Below are positions 48,678-61,499 of a stretch of 64,000 bases of DNA, in pieces; the first letter of the stretch is position 1; the number at the start of each line of letters is the position of its first letter. Location: contig NC_086097.1 in the NCBI RefSeq assembly GCF_963921235.1, positions 236,036,001 to 236,100,000 of the forward strand. Reading direction: 5' to 3'. Made by a program: the position numbers and the translations under genes. The notes beneath the pieces were generated by a model, which searched no databases, was not told the origin of the DNA, and worked only from the letters and a program-made list of their open reading frames with translations. This DNA comes from Mobula hypostoma (lineage: Eukaryota).

Positions 48678-49056
48678 TACACATAAAAGTTGCTGGTGAA
48701 CGCAGCAGGCCAGGCAGCATCTCTAGGAGGAGGTACAGTCGACGTTTCGGGCCGAGACCCTTCGTCAGGACAAACTGAAAGAAGAGCTAGTAAGAGATTT
48801 GAAAGTGGGAGGGGGAGGAGGAGATCCAAAATGATAGGAGAAGTCAGGAGGGGGAGGGATGGAGCCAAGAGCTGGACAGGTGATTGGCAAAAGGGATACC
48901 AGAGGATCATGGGACAGGAGGCCCAGAGAAAAAGAAAAGGGGGAGGGGGGGTAAGCCCAGAGGATGGGCGAGGGGCATAGTGAGAGGGACAGAAGGAGAA
49001 AAAAGAGAGAGAGAAAAAGAATGTGTGTATATAAATAAATAACGAATGGGGTACGA
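48678..49056 (-). mobile_element. Penelope-like element 3' UTR/pLTR fragment
   Basis: Close copy of 31983-32355. Confidence 0.85.
48736..48771 (-). ncRNA. Minimal type I hammerhead ribozyme motif
   Basis: Minus strand reads gtc CTGACGA a gggt ctcg gccc GAAA cg TC gactg; the cleanest copy in the window. Confidence 0.72.
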
Positions 49057-50810
49057 GACACCAGATTTCAGCTTCTCTTTCTCACATTTCACAGTGAACT
49101 CAATCATGTTATGATCACTGTCTCCTAAGGGTTCCTTCACCTCAAACTCTCTAATCACCTCCGGTTCATTACACAATACCCAATCCAGTACAGCCGATCC
49201 CCTAGTGGGCTCAACAACAAGCTGTTCTGAAATGCCATCTCGTAGACATTCTACAAATTCTCTCTCTTGAGATCCAGTGCCGACCTGATTTTCCCAATCT
49301 ACTCGCATGTTAAAATCCCCCACAATTATCATAACACTGCCCTTCTGACAAGCCTTTTCTATTTCCTGTTGTAATTTGTAGCCCACATCACTGCAGCTGT
49401 TAGGAGGCCTGTATATAACTGCCATCAGGGTTCTTTTACCCCTGCAATTTCTTAGCTCAACCCATAAAATTCTGTACCTTCCAATCCTATGTCACCTCTT
49501 TCTAATGATTTAATATCATTTCTTACCAATAAAGCCACACCTCCCCCTCTGCCTACCTTCCTATCCTTCCGATACACCGTGTATCCTTGGACGTTCAGCT
49601 CCCAGAGACATGCATCCTTTAGCCAGGTCTCAGTGATGGCCACAATATCATACCTGCCAATCTGTAGCTGTACGACAAGATCATCTTATTCCTTATGCTG
49701 CGTGCATTTAAGTATAACACCTTAAGTCCAGTATTTGGTACTTTTTGCTTTGATTGCACTGCAACTCATCCCAATGGCTGCAAATTTGCCCCATCACCTG
49801 CCTGTCCTTCCTGACATCTTTACTGCTCACTATCTTAGATTCATTTCTGTTTTCCCCTTCCTCTGCTCTATCATTCCAGTTCCCATTCCTCTGCCAAATT
49901 AGTTTGAACCCTCCCTAACAGCTCTATTAAACCTTCCCGCCAGGATATTGGTCCCATTCGGGTTCAGGTGTAAACCGTCCTTTTTGAACAGGTCATCCTT
50001 CCCCCAGAAGAGATCCCAATGATCCAAGAATCTGAAGCCCTGCCCCCTGCACCAGTCTCTCAGCCACGCATTCATCTGCCTGATCCTACTATTCTTGCCC
50101 TTGCTAGCATGCGGTACAGGTAGCAATCCTGAGATTACTACCCTGGAGGTCCTGCTTCTCAGCTTCCTTCCTAACTCCTGGAAATCTCTCTTCAGGACCT
50201 CCTCCCTTCTCCTATCTATGTCATTGATACCAACATGTACCAAGACAGCTAGCTGCTCGCCCTCCCCCTTCAGAATATTCTGGACCTGATCCAAGACATC
50301 CCGTACCCTGGCACCTGGGAGGCAACACACCATGCGGGTATCTCTATCAGGCTCACAGAATCTCCTGTCCGTTCCCCTGACTATGGAATCCCCTATGACT
50401 ACCGCATTCCTTTCTCCCTCTTTCCCTCCTGCACAACAGCGCCAATCTCAGTGCCAGAGACCCGGTCATCATAGCCATCCCCTGTCAGGTCATCCCCCTC
50501 AGCAGCATCCAAAATAATATACTTTTTGTTGAGGGGGGCAGCTACAGGTGTGCTCTCCACTATCCTGACATTTCCCTTCCCTCTCCTGACAGTCACTCAG
50601 TTTTCTGACCTCTGTAGCCCAGGGATGACTACCTCACTGTAGCTCCTGTCTATCACCACTTCACTTTCCCTAATAAGCAGTAGGTCATTAAGCTGCAGCT
50701 CCAGATCCCTAACACAGTCTCTGAGGAACTGCATCTCGGTGCACCTGGCGCAGATGTGGCCATCTGGGAGACTGGAGGTCTCCCAGGATTCCTACATCTG
50801 ACACCCTGAA
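49057..50810 (-). mobile_element. CR1 LINE 5' portion: ORF1 (zinc finger + SGNH esterase) and ORF2 endonuclease
   Basis: HICARCTEMQ zinc-finger region near 50700-50790. ORF 49899-50333 (CLPGARV..HVGINDI..DGLHLN). ORFs 49452-49643 and 49057-49425 (ITETW, YRPP, GDFN, SDHN). Confidence 0.9.
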
Positions 50811-52369
50811 TGTATTAAATCTGGCTAAATTTTGCTGGATTAGCACTTTTTTATTTGCCTTGAAGCAATATGTGTTCTATCCCTGTCAATCTCCCTCTCC
50901 TTCACCCTCTACCTCTCCCCCTCCCTCTTTGATAGATAGATAGAGGGAGAGATTGTTCCCGTTTCGCATTAGAAGGAGAGATACCTGTCTCTGATATGTT
51001 AGTGAGAGAGAGCCGGTGGGATGTCAAGATGTTGGAGTGGACAGTTAGTTTTTGATGTACTGTAGACCATGATTTTTTCGGGGGTGGGGGGGGGTTTGTT
51101 GTTGCTTGCATGGTGGGTGGTGAGAATGCTGATGCTTTATGCTTGAATAAATGGGAGCAGGGGTGTTGGGAGGTTTGATGCAGATTGCTTCTGCTTGTGC
51201 CTGGGAGGGTGCAGGGGAATTTGGGGTTCTTACATTTGTTCTGTCATTTATTTTTGAGGTATTTCTTCTGCTTCAAGAATATCTGTGGAGACTAAGGATT
51301 TTTGGCTGTATATTGTAGACATTCTCTGATGTTAAATAGAACCATTGAACTCAGATACAATGGTGCAAATAACAGCCAGTGATTTTGGTTTGGTGCAGGC
51401 CAATTAACATAACCCCATTGTCTTATGTTGATTAAATATTGGGATACAAGTCTTTATTGTTTACTGATTTAGCAGGAAGCAGAGCAAGGAATGTTGGTTA
51501 GAAGTTTAACTTTCTCACAAGCAACTCTGACCCTAAGGTTAGTAATAAGCCTTTCAGACCCTGGAAAGTGAATATCAATCACATGTCGAAGAAATCTAAA
51601 TTATTAAACATGCTTATCCTCTAACAACTGAGACCAATATTTTTTCAAGAATCACACATGGCTTGATCTTCTTCAACCCTCAACTCATTCTTACACACAA
51701 AGTAGGAATGAAGACCTTCATCTGCATTTGACCTGTCAGTCAGCCAACCATTGGCAATGTAGTCATCCTTGTGAAAGTCAGACCTCTTTGGTTCTCTGTT
51801 AACATCATCTTCCAAATATGAAATAAAATTCCTCTTCTGTATTTGAAGTAACTTGTACTAATCTCACCACAGTGTTAGCATTCATTTAACCTCCGGATCC
51901 TATGAGCTGAATGTCATTGCTGCAAGCAAACACAACAAAGGCTCATTTTTAACCTCGTACTGCTGCAAATGTCAGAACTGGTCATTTTGATTTACGACAT
52001 CCATCAGGCGATCGCAGTCTGTTATGAGAGGGTTAGCCTTCAAAATGGTCACAGCAAAGCAAGACAAACTGCACATTCTCTTCAATCCTTCACTATTTTT
52101 ATTTTGGTTCTTATTACACGAGCTTTGCTGCTCAGCTGTGAGATTACCTATGCACTCGTGAAGAGGCCAAGTCATTAAGAGGGTTTTTTTTTCAGTCAAC
52201 TCTTTCCAGGTATAGGGTTTCCCACTTATTCTGCAATAATTGTCACCAGAATTGTTGCTGAATCCAGGACCTCATTATATAATTCCTTTGATAGAATATT
52301 CCAACTTTCTGAAACTTCTTTGTCGACTCCAAGCCCAACAAACACATGTGACAACATCTGAAAAAAAAA

Positions 52370-52677
52370 GTATCCATTAGTCTTGCGAGACCATGGATCT
52401 GCGCCTGGAAAGTCTTCACTTTCCAGGGCACAGGCCTGGGCAAGGTTGTATGGAAGACCAGCAGTTGCCCATGCTGCAAGTCTCCCCTCTCCATGACACC
52501 AATGTTGTCCAAGGGAAGGGCATTAGGACCCATACAGCTTGGCACTAGTGTCGTCACACAGCAGTGTGTGATTAAGTGCCTTGTTCAAGGACACAACACA
52601 TTCCCTCGGCTAAGGCTCGAACTCACGACCTTCAGGTATCTAGTCCAATGCCTTAACGACTTGGCCACGTGCCAACA
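52370..52677 (-). mobile_element. tRNA-derived CORE-SINE-like element
   Basis: Minus strand has A box tggccaagtcg, B box gagttcgagcc, CORE-like tgtgtccttgaacaaggcacttaa, then a 3' tail. Confidence 0.7.
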
Positions 52678-52971
52678 TCAGCAGCAGCAATAATGCATTT
52701 ATGAGTGGAAGTTTTGATGCCCATATCTTTGTCCTGTTGTTTTTTGAGTTCCTTTGCTCCTTAGAGTGTCTTATCCTGAGTGTTTCGTACAGTGTGTCTG
52801 GATATTCCACCAACCCAGATTTATTTGTCCTCATGGAATGTTTCTACATATTCATGGGATTCCTGTTCATCCATGCTAAATGTATGGCAGAATACTTAAT
52901 ACTGTGACTGCCATTTGACGCCCAGCCATACAAAGGTAAAACTGAAATAATGAAGATACTATTGTAACTTT

Positions 52972-53605
52972 AACGAAAATATTCTCAAGACCGTAAAGAA
53001 GGTCTTTGACTACAAGTACCTCGGGTCAAGAATGATGAGTTCGGAGAAGGACATAAAGTTCAGAGAAGGCACTGGCGTGGAGGGCTATGAAAGACATGAA
53101 GGAAATCTGGAAGTCAAACCTGACCAGAAGGCTTAAAAAGAGGATCTTCATAGTCTTCATAGAGTCCATTCTCACGTACAGAAGCGAGACATGGACACTC
53201 ACCAAGACTATGTGGAAGTCTCTAGATGGTTGCTATACATGAATGCTTCAGGTGGCTCTTGATGTGAGTTGGCAACAGCACGTGATGAATCTTGAGCTCT
53301 ATGACGACCTACCGATGCTCACCACTAAAATCGAGACGAGAAGAGTGCCACTAGCGGGGCACTGTCTACGCTACCCCGAGCTATCTGCCAGCCTAGTCAT
53401 CATATAGGAGCCCAAGCACGGGAGGATGAACCCTGGGCGCCCTCCCAAGACTATGGTCAACACGCTCCTAGAAGACAGCGGCACAGATAATGTAGATGAA
53501 TTGAACACTCTGATGAGGGAGAGGGAGAAGTGGAGAGTCTGTCATCATGCCCGATGCCGGCCCCCTAGGCCTGAGTCGACGTAGTAGTAGTAGTAATAGT
53601 AGTGG
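52972..53605 (+). mobile_element. RTE-like LINE 3' fragment
   Basis: DYKYLGS..KEIWKS..ESILTY.SETWTLT..LDGCYT..GHCLR..GRPPKT, a (GTA)n tail, and a perfect 12-bp TSD tattgtaacttt (52960-52971, 53606-53617). Confidence 0.88.
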
Positions 53606-54619
53606 TATTGTAACTTTCTAACCCACCAAGTCATGAGCAATTTGTGCACGGTTTTGTTCTTTGACCATGCGGCCATGAGCTGCAAGTGCAGTAAGTATCA
53701 GTTCCTTATTGTGATATAATTGTTGTTTACTATATTTCAATGTATCATCTGGTAGTTTGACCTTTCTTAGTATTTCATGATATACAAAAGAACTAACTTT
53801 AACCCAGCTTTAATATTTTGCGGCAATTAACAACTGACACAATGATGTTACCAAATTTAAAGTCCAAAGTAAATTTATTATCAAAGTATATATATGTCAC
53901 CAAACACACAACCCTGAGTTTCATTTCATGTGGGCATACTCAACAAATCCATAATAGCATAATAACTATAATAGAATCAATGAAAGACTGAACCAACTCG
54001 GGCATTCAACCAGTGTGCAAAAGACAATAAACCGTGCAAATATAAAAGGAAAACTATGATACTGATAAATAAATAAGCAATAAATATCAAGAACATGAGA
54101 TAAAGAGTAGCTGAAAGTGAGTCCGTAGGTTTTGGGAACATCTCAATGATAGGGCAAGTGAAGTTATCTCCTTTGGTTCAACAGCCTGATGGCTGAGGTG
54201 TAATAACAAAGCACACAGCCCTGTGCAGATGGAGATTGTTGAAGAGATAATATTGCCATTCTGAACTGACAGGGGTCTACAAGTGAGGAGATCAAGGTTC
54301 CAATTGCACAAAGAGGTAGTAAGGCCAAGGTCGTGAAGCTTATAGATTAGTTTAGAGGGAATGATGGTATTAAATACCAAGCTGTCGTTGATAAGTTGTA
54401 TCCTGATGTATGCCTCTTTGCAGCCCAGAGCTTCCAGGGTTGAGTGATGAGTCAATGAGATGGCACCTAATTTAATTTAGAAATTAAAAAAAATGGAACA
54501 TAGAACATTACATCACAGTACAGGCTCTTCGACCCACGATGTTATGTCAATTTTTTAACCTACTCTAAGATCAATTTAAGTCTTCCCTCCTCCATATTTA
54601 TCATCCATGTGCCTATTGG

Positions 54620-55290
54620 GAAGAGAAGATGGCAGTGCGACGCAGCTCACAATGGCCACTCTGGTGATGATATCTGTTATCTGTCAAGTAAGGTGCCGTG
54701 CACAATCCTGATTTGATGGAGACAGACGTGAGAGCGCGGAGGAACATCTAGTGAAACTTCTGAAATTCCTGCTTCGCTGCCGTTGCTACTGTGCAGAGTC
54801 TCTGGAGGAGAAGGCCCGAGTCCTCGGCTTTGCTTGTTGCTTGGCGGCCGGGGCAGGGTCAAAGGGCTCGGCAGAGGATGGTGCTCAGTGCTTGGTGTCA
54901 GAGGGCTGGTCGGAGGCTCGAAGTTTTCAGACAGACTCAGAGTCCGCTGCAGTCGGGTGCTTCCAATGGTGCTGCATCAGCAAGTTTGCGGCGCTTGGGG
55001 TTCATGGCAGGAAGAGTTTCTCCCTTCTGCCGCCTGTGTGGGATGATGAGGCTATCGGGACTTTGAGACTTTTTTTTTACCGTGCCCATGGTCTGCTCTT
55101 TATCAAATTACGGTATTGCTTTGCACTGTTGTAACTATATGTTTTAATTATGTGGTTTTGTCAGTTTTAGTCTTGGTTTGTCCTGTGTTTCTGTGATATC
55201 TTTCTGGAGGAACATTTTATCATCTTTTAATGCATGCATTTCTAAATGACAATAAACGAGGACTGTCCTCATCATCTAATCTAATAATCT
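54620..55290 (+). mobile_element. Non-coding retroposed element of about 670 bp (family shared with 28970-29612)
   Basis: Starts gagaagatggc and ends aataaa..(atcta)n. Inserted in a minus-strand CR1 3' end (about 54495-56100). Confidence 0.78.
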
Positions 55291-56100
55291 AATCTAATAA
55301 GTATTTAAGTGTTACTAATGTATCTGCCTCTATCGTTACCCCTGGCAGAGCACTCCACTCACTCACCACTAGGTGGAAAGAACCTTCCTCTGACATCCCC
55401 TCTATACTGACCAACTTAAAATTATACCCCCTTGAGCTAGTCCTTTCTGCTCTCAGAAAAAGTCTCTGGCTATCCACTCCATTTATGCCTCTTATCATCT
55501 TGCATACCTCTATCAATTCACTTCTCAGCCACCTTCATTCTAAAGAGAAAAAAGCCCCAGCTCACTCAGCCTATTTTGTTACGACATACCCTTTAGCCCA
55601 GACAACATCTTAGTACATCTCCTCTGCACCCTCCCTAAATCTTCCACATCCTTTCTACATTGAGGCAACTAGAACTGATCAAAATATTCTAAGTATAGTC
55701 TAGCCGGATTTTATAGATGTGAAACAATACCTCACAGCTCTTAAACTTAATTTCCTGCCTAATGAAGCAAACATGCCATAGGCCAACACCCCTATCACCT
55801 TGCATGACTACTTTGAGTATCTATGGATGTGGACCCCAAGATCCCTCCGTTTCTCCACTCTGTCAAGAATCCTGCCATTATATCTGTACTCTGCCTTCAA
55901 ATTCATCCTTCCAGAGTGAATCTTCTTCAAATTCTCATAAATCCTGTCTTGTAGAATCCTGTCCAATAATTTGCCTACCACTGATATAAGTGCCACTGGT
56001 CTATAATTCCCAGGGTTATCTGTACTCTATTTCTTGAATAATGGAATAATACTTAGCACCCTCCAGTCACCTAGTATCTCTCCTGTGGCCAGTGAGGACC
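55291..56100 (-). mobile_element. CR1 LINE fragment (degraded, internally deleted)
   Basis: LISVVGKLL, RDLGVHIH, IEVCKMIRG..SRGY..WSALP on the minus strand. Its 3' tail lies at about 54495-54618. Confidence 0.8.
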
Positions 56101-57294
56101 ATCACCAAAGGCTATTTGCTACTATTTATCACCTAAGTCAAGAAATGTGGCATGGGTCTGAGTTCTGAGATATTCTTCACTGGGTCAAAATTTAATTTAA
56201 TTGACTATCCTTGCCCTTTGAATCACTCAAGAACACCATTAAGCTCTGAAACATCTCATAGTTGTATGTTTTGGCATGGACTCTCCATTTTTCTCGATAT
56301 TAGAAGACTTCTTTCAGTCTGTTGTCATCCATTTGATGTTGACATGAGAATATCATTACATACCACCCTTTTGGTTTTATGAAAAGTTTATGTGTTGCTC
56401 TCTGTACTAATCTGGGTGAGAAGCAACTGCAACAGTAACATAATGAGCAGAAGAAGTCCCAGGTGTATATAATAATGAAGCATAACTGGTCTCCCATCTA
56501 ACTCAACTCAACAGATCAAACTTTGAAAGGACTTGGTTGCCTGTCAGTGCTATGACTGAATCTCATATTTGGCAAGCAAACAGTTGGATGATATTCAAGA
56601 TCTTGATTAACAGTTACCTTCGGATCACCATATACTCCTCCACGACTATCTTATTACGGTGCTACAGCTCTGGTTTGTTTGATTTTATAAATAATGATCT
56701 CAGTTTCAAATCATTTCAGATCTTACTCTTCCATTCCTCTCTGAGCAAAGGGCACTGGATGTTGTTTGCATGAATAAATATTGCATTATTCTCAATTTAC
56801 AAGCTAGCTTTGATCTCTTGAATTAGAATGTGGCTTCCCTGAAAATCTTTGAATAAATTCTAAGCATACTGTGATAAGTTTCACTTTAGTGCATATAACT
56901 CATTTCAATTTACATCGAAGCAAATCCATTTCGTCCTATCTGAGCATAGTTTGCCTCTTTTCACTACAATGCTCCTCTGTACTACAGGAAGGGATATGTT
57001 TCTGTTATCAGGAATGTTGTCCGCCACCCAGTCCTCTTTTTGGTGATTACTCAACTCTTCATGATAAACCAGCTCCGAGAATAACTGTAATTGAACTACT
57101 GGGACAGCATAGAAGCGTAACAGTTAGTACAATGCTATTATCAGAATCAGAAACAGAAACAGGTTAATTATCACCCACATATGATGTGAAATTTGCTGTC
57201 TTTGTGGCAGCAGTACCATATCATATATATACTTACTGTAATTCACAGTTCTTTCCCTATTATTACATTGTTAAATAAGTAATGCAAAAATAAA

Positions 57295-58577
57295 TGAAAC
57301 CCTGTTTATTGAGCATCTTCAGAGATGTGGCTCGCTAGCCCGTTGCTAACAGCCACCAGACTCAGTGGTGAGAAAGCCACCTTTATCAGACTCCATATGT
57401 CTAGGGTAGATGTCATTTGGGTCCCACTAAACCCATGAGGTTGGGATGTCTCACCCACCTGAACCCCGATTTGTATGAATAGTGTGTAACTTACTGCTCC
57501 CATGCAATCGGTTCTGGTCACCTCACTATATGAAGAATGTGGAAACCATAGAAAGGGTGCAGAGGAGATTTACAAGGGTGTTGCCTGGATCAGGGAGCAT
57601 GTTTGATGAGAATAGGTTGAGTGAAGTCGGCCTTTTTTCTGACGGAGGTTGAGAGGTGACCTGATAGAGGTGTATAAGATGATGCATTGATCTTGTGGAT
57701 AGTCAGAGGCTTTTTTCCCAGGACTGAAATGACTAGCACGAGAGGGCACAGTTTTAAGGTGCTTGGAAGCAGGTACAGAAGAGATGTCAGGGGTAAGTTT
57801 TTTACGCAGAGAGTGATGAGTGTGTGGAATGGGCTGCCAGCGACGGTGGTGGAGGTGGATACGATAAGGTCTTTTAAGAGACCTTAAAAGGTACATGGAC
57901 AGATAAACGGAGCTCAGAAAAATAGAGGGCTATTGGTAGCCCTAGGTAATTTCTAAGGTATGGACATGTTTGGCACAGCTTTGTGATCCAAAGGGCCTGT
58001 ATTGTGTTGTAGATTTTTTATGCTTCTACATTTCTATGTTAATCACCCAGTGGCAAGAAATAACAGTCCATACACTGCATACAATTGTAAAGAAAGTGTA
58101 TTTATGAATGTTAGCTTAACCAAACAGTTATTGAAGAAAAAAAAGGGACCGTAATAATTAAACAGTCAAATGTGCACAGGTTCGAGTTCAAATTTTCGAA
58201 AAGCCGTTCTGTCCACTGTGCTCACAGTGCAAACTCCTGTTTACCGATCCCTGGTAGAACTCTGCCTCTTGAGCTCCATTAGATAGCGCTTTCCCGCTGG
58301 ATCAAATCCCTCGACCGGTTCTCTCAAGATTCTTCTCACTCTATTTCCCACCAGAAAGGACCTCAATCCACTTCAGTATCCATCACAAGACCTCTCTCCC
58401 AGTGCTCTTTAAAATGTTCTCCCAGTTCCACCATCCTGATTGGATGACACAACATTCCTAAGCATCCCTTATCTTTAACAGTAACCTAAACACTACCAGC
58501 AGAACACACTGCTTCTACAGAAAACTATTGCATTAAATATCTTACATTAGCAGTAGAATCCTTACCAGGATGTTACA
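57295..58577. mobile_element. Probable solo LTR, family D, containing a CR1 3' fragment (about 57516-58040, + strand)
   Basis: Termini tgaaaccctg...caggatgttaca (decayed TGTAAC/GTTACA) and 4-bp TSD TAAA (57291-57294, 58578-58581). The flanks rejoin into a Rex1-like 3' UTR. Confidence 0.65.
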
Positions 58578-58581
58578 TAAA

Positions 58582-59130
58582 AATTTTTAAAAAGTAGTAA
58601 GGTAGTGTTCAGGGATTCAATGTCCATTCTGAAATCAGATTGCAGAGGGGACGAAGCTGTTTTTGAATCATTGAGTGAGTGCTTTTAGGCTCCAGCACCT
58701 TCTTCATGATGGTAGCAATGAGAAGAGGACATGTTCTTGGTGGTAGGGGTCCTTAATGAGGGGTCCCTTTTGAGGCTTTACTCCTTGAAAATCTCCTGGA
58801 TACTACGGAGGCTAGTACACCTGATGGAGCTGACTAAGTTTACAACTCTCTGCAGCTTATTTCAATCCTGTGTCATAGCTCCCCCATACCAGATGGTGAT
58901 ATAGCCAGTTAGAACGCTCTCCATGTTACATCTAAAGAAATTTGCAAATGTCTTTGGTGATTTACCAACTTTCCTCAAACTCCTAATAAAATATAGCCGG
59001 TGTTGTGTCTTTTCCATAACTGTATCGATCTGTTGGGCTGAGGATAGTTCCTTAGAGATGATGACATTCAGAAACTTGAAATTGCTCATTCTACCACTTT
59101 AGATCAGTCTATGAGGACTGGTGTGTGTAA
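58582..59130 (-). mobile_element. Rex1-like LINE 3' fragment
   Basis: ORF 58862-59089 (FKFL..RLYFIRSLRK..ESVLTGYITIWYG). Its tail lies at about 57140-57290. Confidence 0.8.
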
Positions 59131-60342
59131 ATTTTTGCTAGCATTCTTCGGTCACTCAACTGGCATTGGTTAATGGCGAAAATATAGAATTGATGGTCAG
59201 AGGTAAAAGAAACTAAGTTACGAAGTATCGGGAAATAAGGAGAGGTAGAACAGGACTAACAAGATCACTGTCCAGTGGCTCAGTAGCATAAGGAGTTGGC
59301 ATGGTGGCATAGTGACTGGTATGGTGGCATAGCAGTTAGCGTAACACGATTACAGTGACAACAATCTGAGTTCAATTATGCCACTATCTGCAGGTACTTA
59401 GGTTAGTAAGTTCTCTCCATGATGGGTTTCCAGTTCCTCACACATTCCAAAGACATATGGGGTAATAGTTAATTAATCACTTGGGTGTACTGGGTGGCGT
59501 GACCTCACTGGTCCATAAAATATACTGGTATCAATGTTCTTGGTATCTTAGCCCCTGCTAATGCCACTTGGACAACAATCCTCCGTAGATTGCTGCCGGA
59601 CATGCCTGCATTCCTGAGGGGTTTAATCGTTAGCAAACCCACCATGTGCTGCTGTTTAACAGCAGATTCCCTTTCAAAATCTCCCTCCCTGCACTTCTTG
59701 TAAGATGACCTCTCTTTGCTACTGCTACATTCTGACTTCAAAAGGACTTCTGTGTTAAGTGCTCTGCAAAACATGCATAACAGGAAACTGGTTAGCTTCA
59801 CCACTGCTAAAGTTACCAATATGCTCGACACGTCAACCTCCAAATGTTCGTAAATATACCTTCAAACTGAATTATTGTAGTCTGATTGTTTTCATATTTA
59901 TGGTTTATTCATTTCTGTGGCGGTTTGCCATTATTGTGAGAATAACACTCAAATAAAATTCCCTTTTCCATGTCCAAGAACAATCCTGTTTGACACACCA
60001 AAATCAAATCTCAAATTAGGAATTGTCGTCAATTTGCTATGGATGGGTTCATTCTTCATCACAAAAACATACACAAAACATTCACGCAAGACACTTACTA
60101 ATTGGCAATGTATAGAAAGCTTGAGAACAATGACCAATTTGCCTATGTATTCATTTTTAAGCTGATTGTTTGTCCCATAACAATATCTCTCAGCAGTCTT
60201 CAATGACTGTGAATTGTTATGCTGTGCAAAGGGCCATTCACTTTTCTATCACTTGGCTCTGTTGCACTGAAAAAATTCTTAAGGGTTTCATAAATCTCCA
60301 CAACCCGCTTCAGTCAAAAATGTGTTCTTCTTGTCTTTAGTG

Positions 60343-61046
60343 TGTCATAGGGAGGTGGCTAGGAACGGACCCAAGTGCAAGACACAGACACTGAAGGACT
60401 AGGGACAGGACTAGGATACAGGGTGAGAGCAAGGACATGGACACAAAAACCGGGAACCTGGAACAGGACTGGACAAGAGAGCTAGGAGCCCGGGCTTGGA
60501 CTGTGAGCCAGAGACTGGACAAGGACCCAGTACCTGGGTCTTGCCTCTGGCTCAGACCCCAGAACTAGGCAAGGACGAGGCTTGGCTGGAGGCAGGAGAC
60601 TGGAGACTGGAAGCTACTCCTGGGCAGGGTGCAGATCTCCACCCGACGGAGGCAAGGGACAGGAAGGGACAGAACCAACCGCAGGTAATGGCAAGACGGC
60701 CTGGCTTACCCAACGGAGGCGAGGGACAGGAAGGGAGCTAGGTACAGGGTGGCTGCAGGACAAGACAGCAAGACAAGGCAAGGCTTCAGGCAATGTAAGG
60801 TGAAACGAGCACTTCAGGCGAGGCGAGAGTCACCAGCAAGGCTTCAGGCAAGGAGTAAAGACAAGAACAATCCAGCAGCCACACCCTGGTCTCTGAAGGT
60901 ACTTACGCAGCCAGCCCCAACGAGCATCAGCTGCCTCAATTAGAGCTCAACAAGAACAGAAACAGGGTAGACAGGAAAACCTGGAGCAAGGGTCGATGGA
61001 CCGGACTGTGAACTGGAATACAGACTTCACAGACCGGACCATGACA
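60343..61046 (-). mobile_element. Solo LTR related to family C (704 bp)
   Basis: TGTCA...TGACA termini. Shares caagacacagacactgaag and ggacc..accatgaca ends with 39632-40708. Decayed TSD tagtg/cagta. Confidence 0.82.
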
Positions 61047-61499
61047 CAGTACTATCACATTTTTCTGTATTATTGGGAAATTCCAAGATGTTTGCAGCAA
61101 AATACGTCTCCATCCAATCCACTGGAGGTTTCCCAAGGGTGGCTGTACCCTGTCTATTATTTCCCAGGGCAGAGTCATCTTAGAATGACAGTACAACCAT
61201 GAATGCACCTTTTCACTAGGCCTAAGTTCTACTCTCTTCTGCCATCTAAAAAAAAACTAGATCTTTTTTGGTATTCAAAGTTTGTGATAAAATTTTACTT
61301 TTCAGGGCCCAAGAGGTTTATTGTAACCTTAGCTTCCTAGCACAGCAGCATGACCCTCCCAGAGTCATTTGCGACTAACAAATATATTGCTCTGCTTCTT
61401 GTTGTAATAAAGAACAGTCTTTAGTTCTTAACATAAATTGCAAGAAGCAATCAGTTTGAAGTTAAAGGCACAGCTTTGCGATCAGGATTATTTACAGAG

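Noticed and set aside
52600..52677. tRNA-like sequence with A and B boxes
   Set aside because: It continues into a CORE-like domain and tail, so it is a SINE head rather than a tRNA gene.
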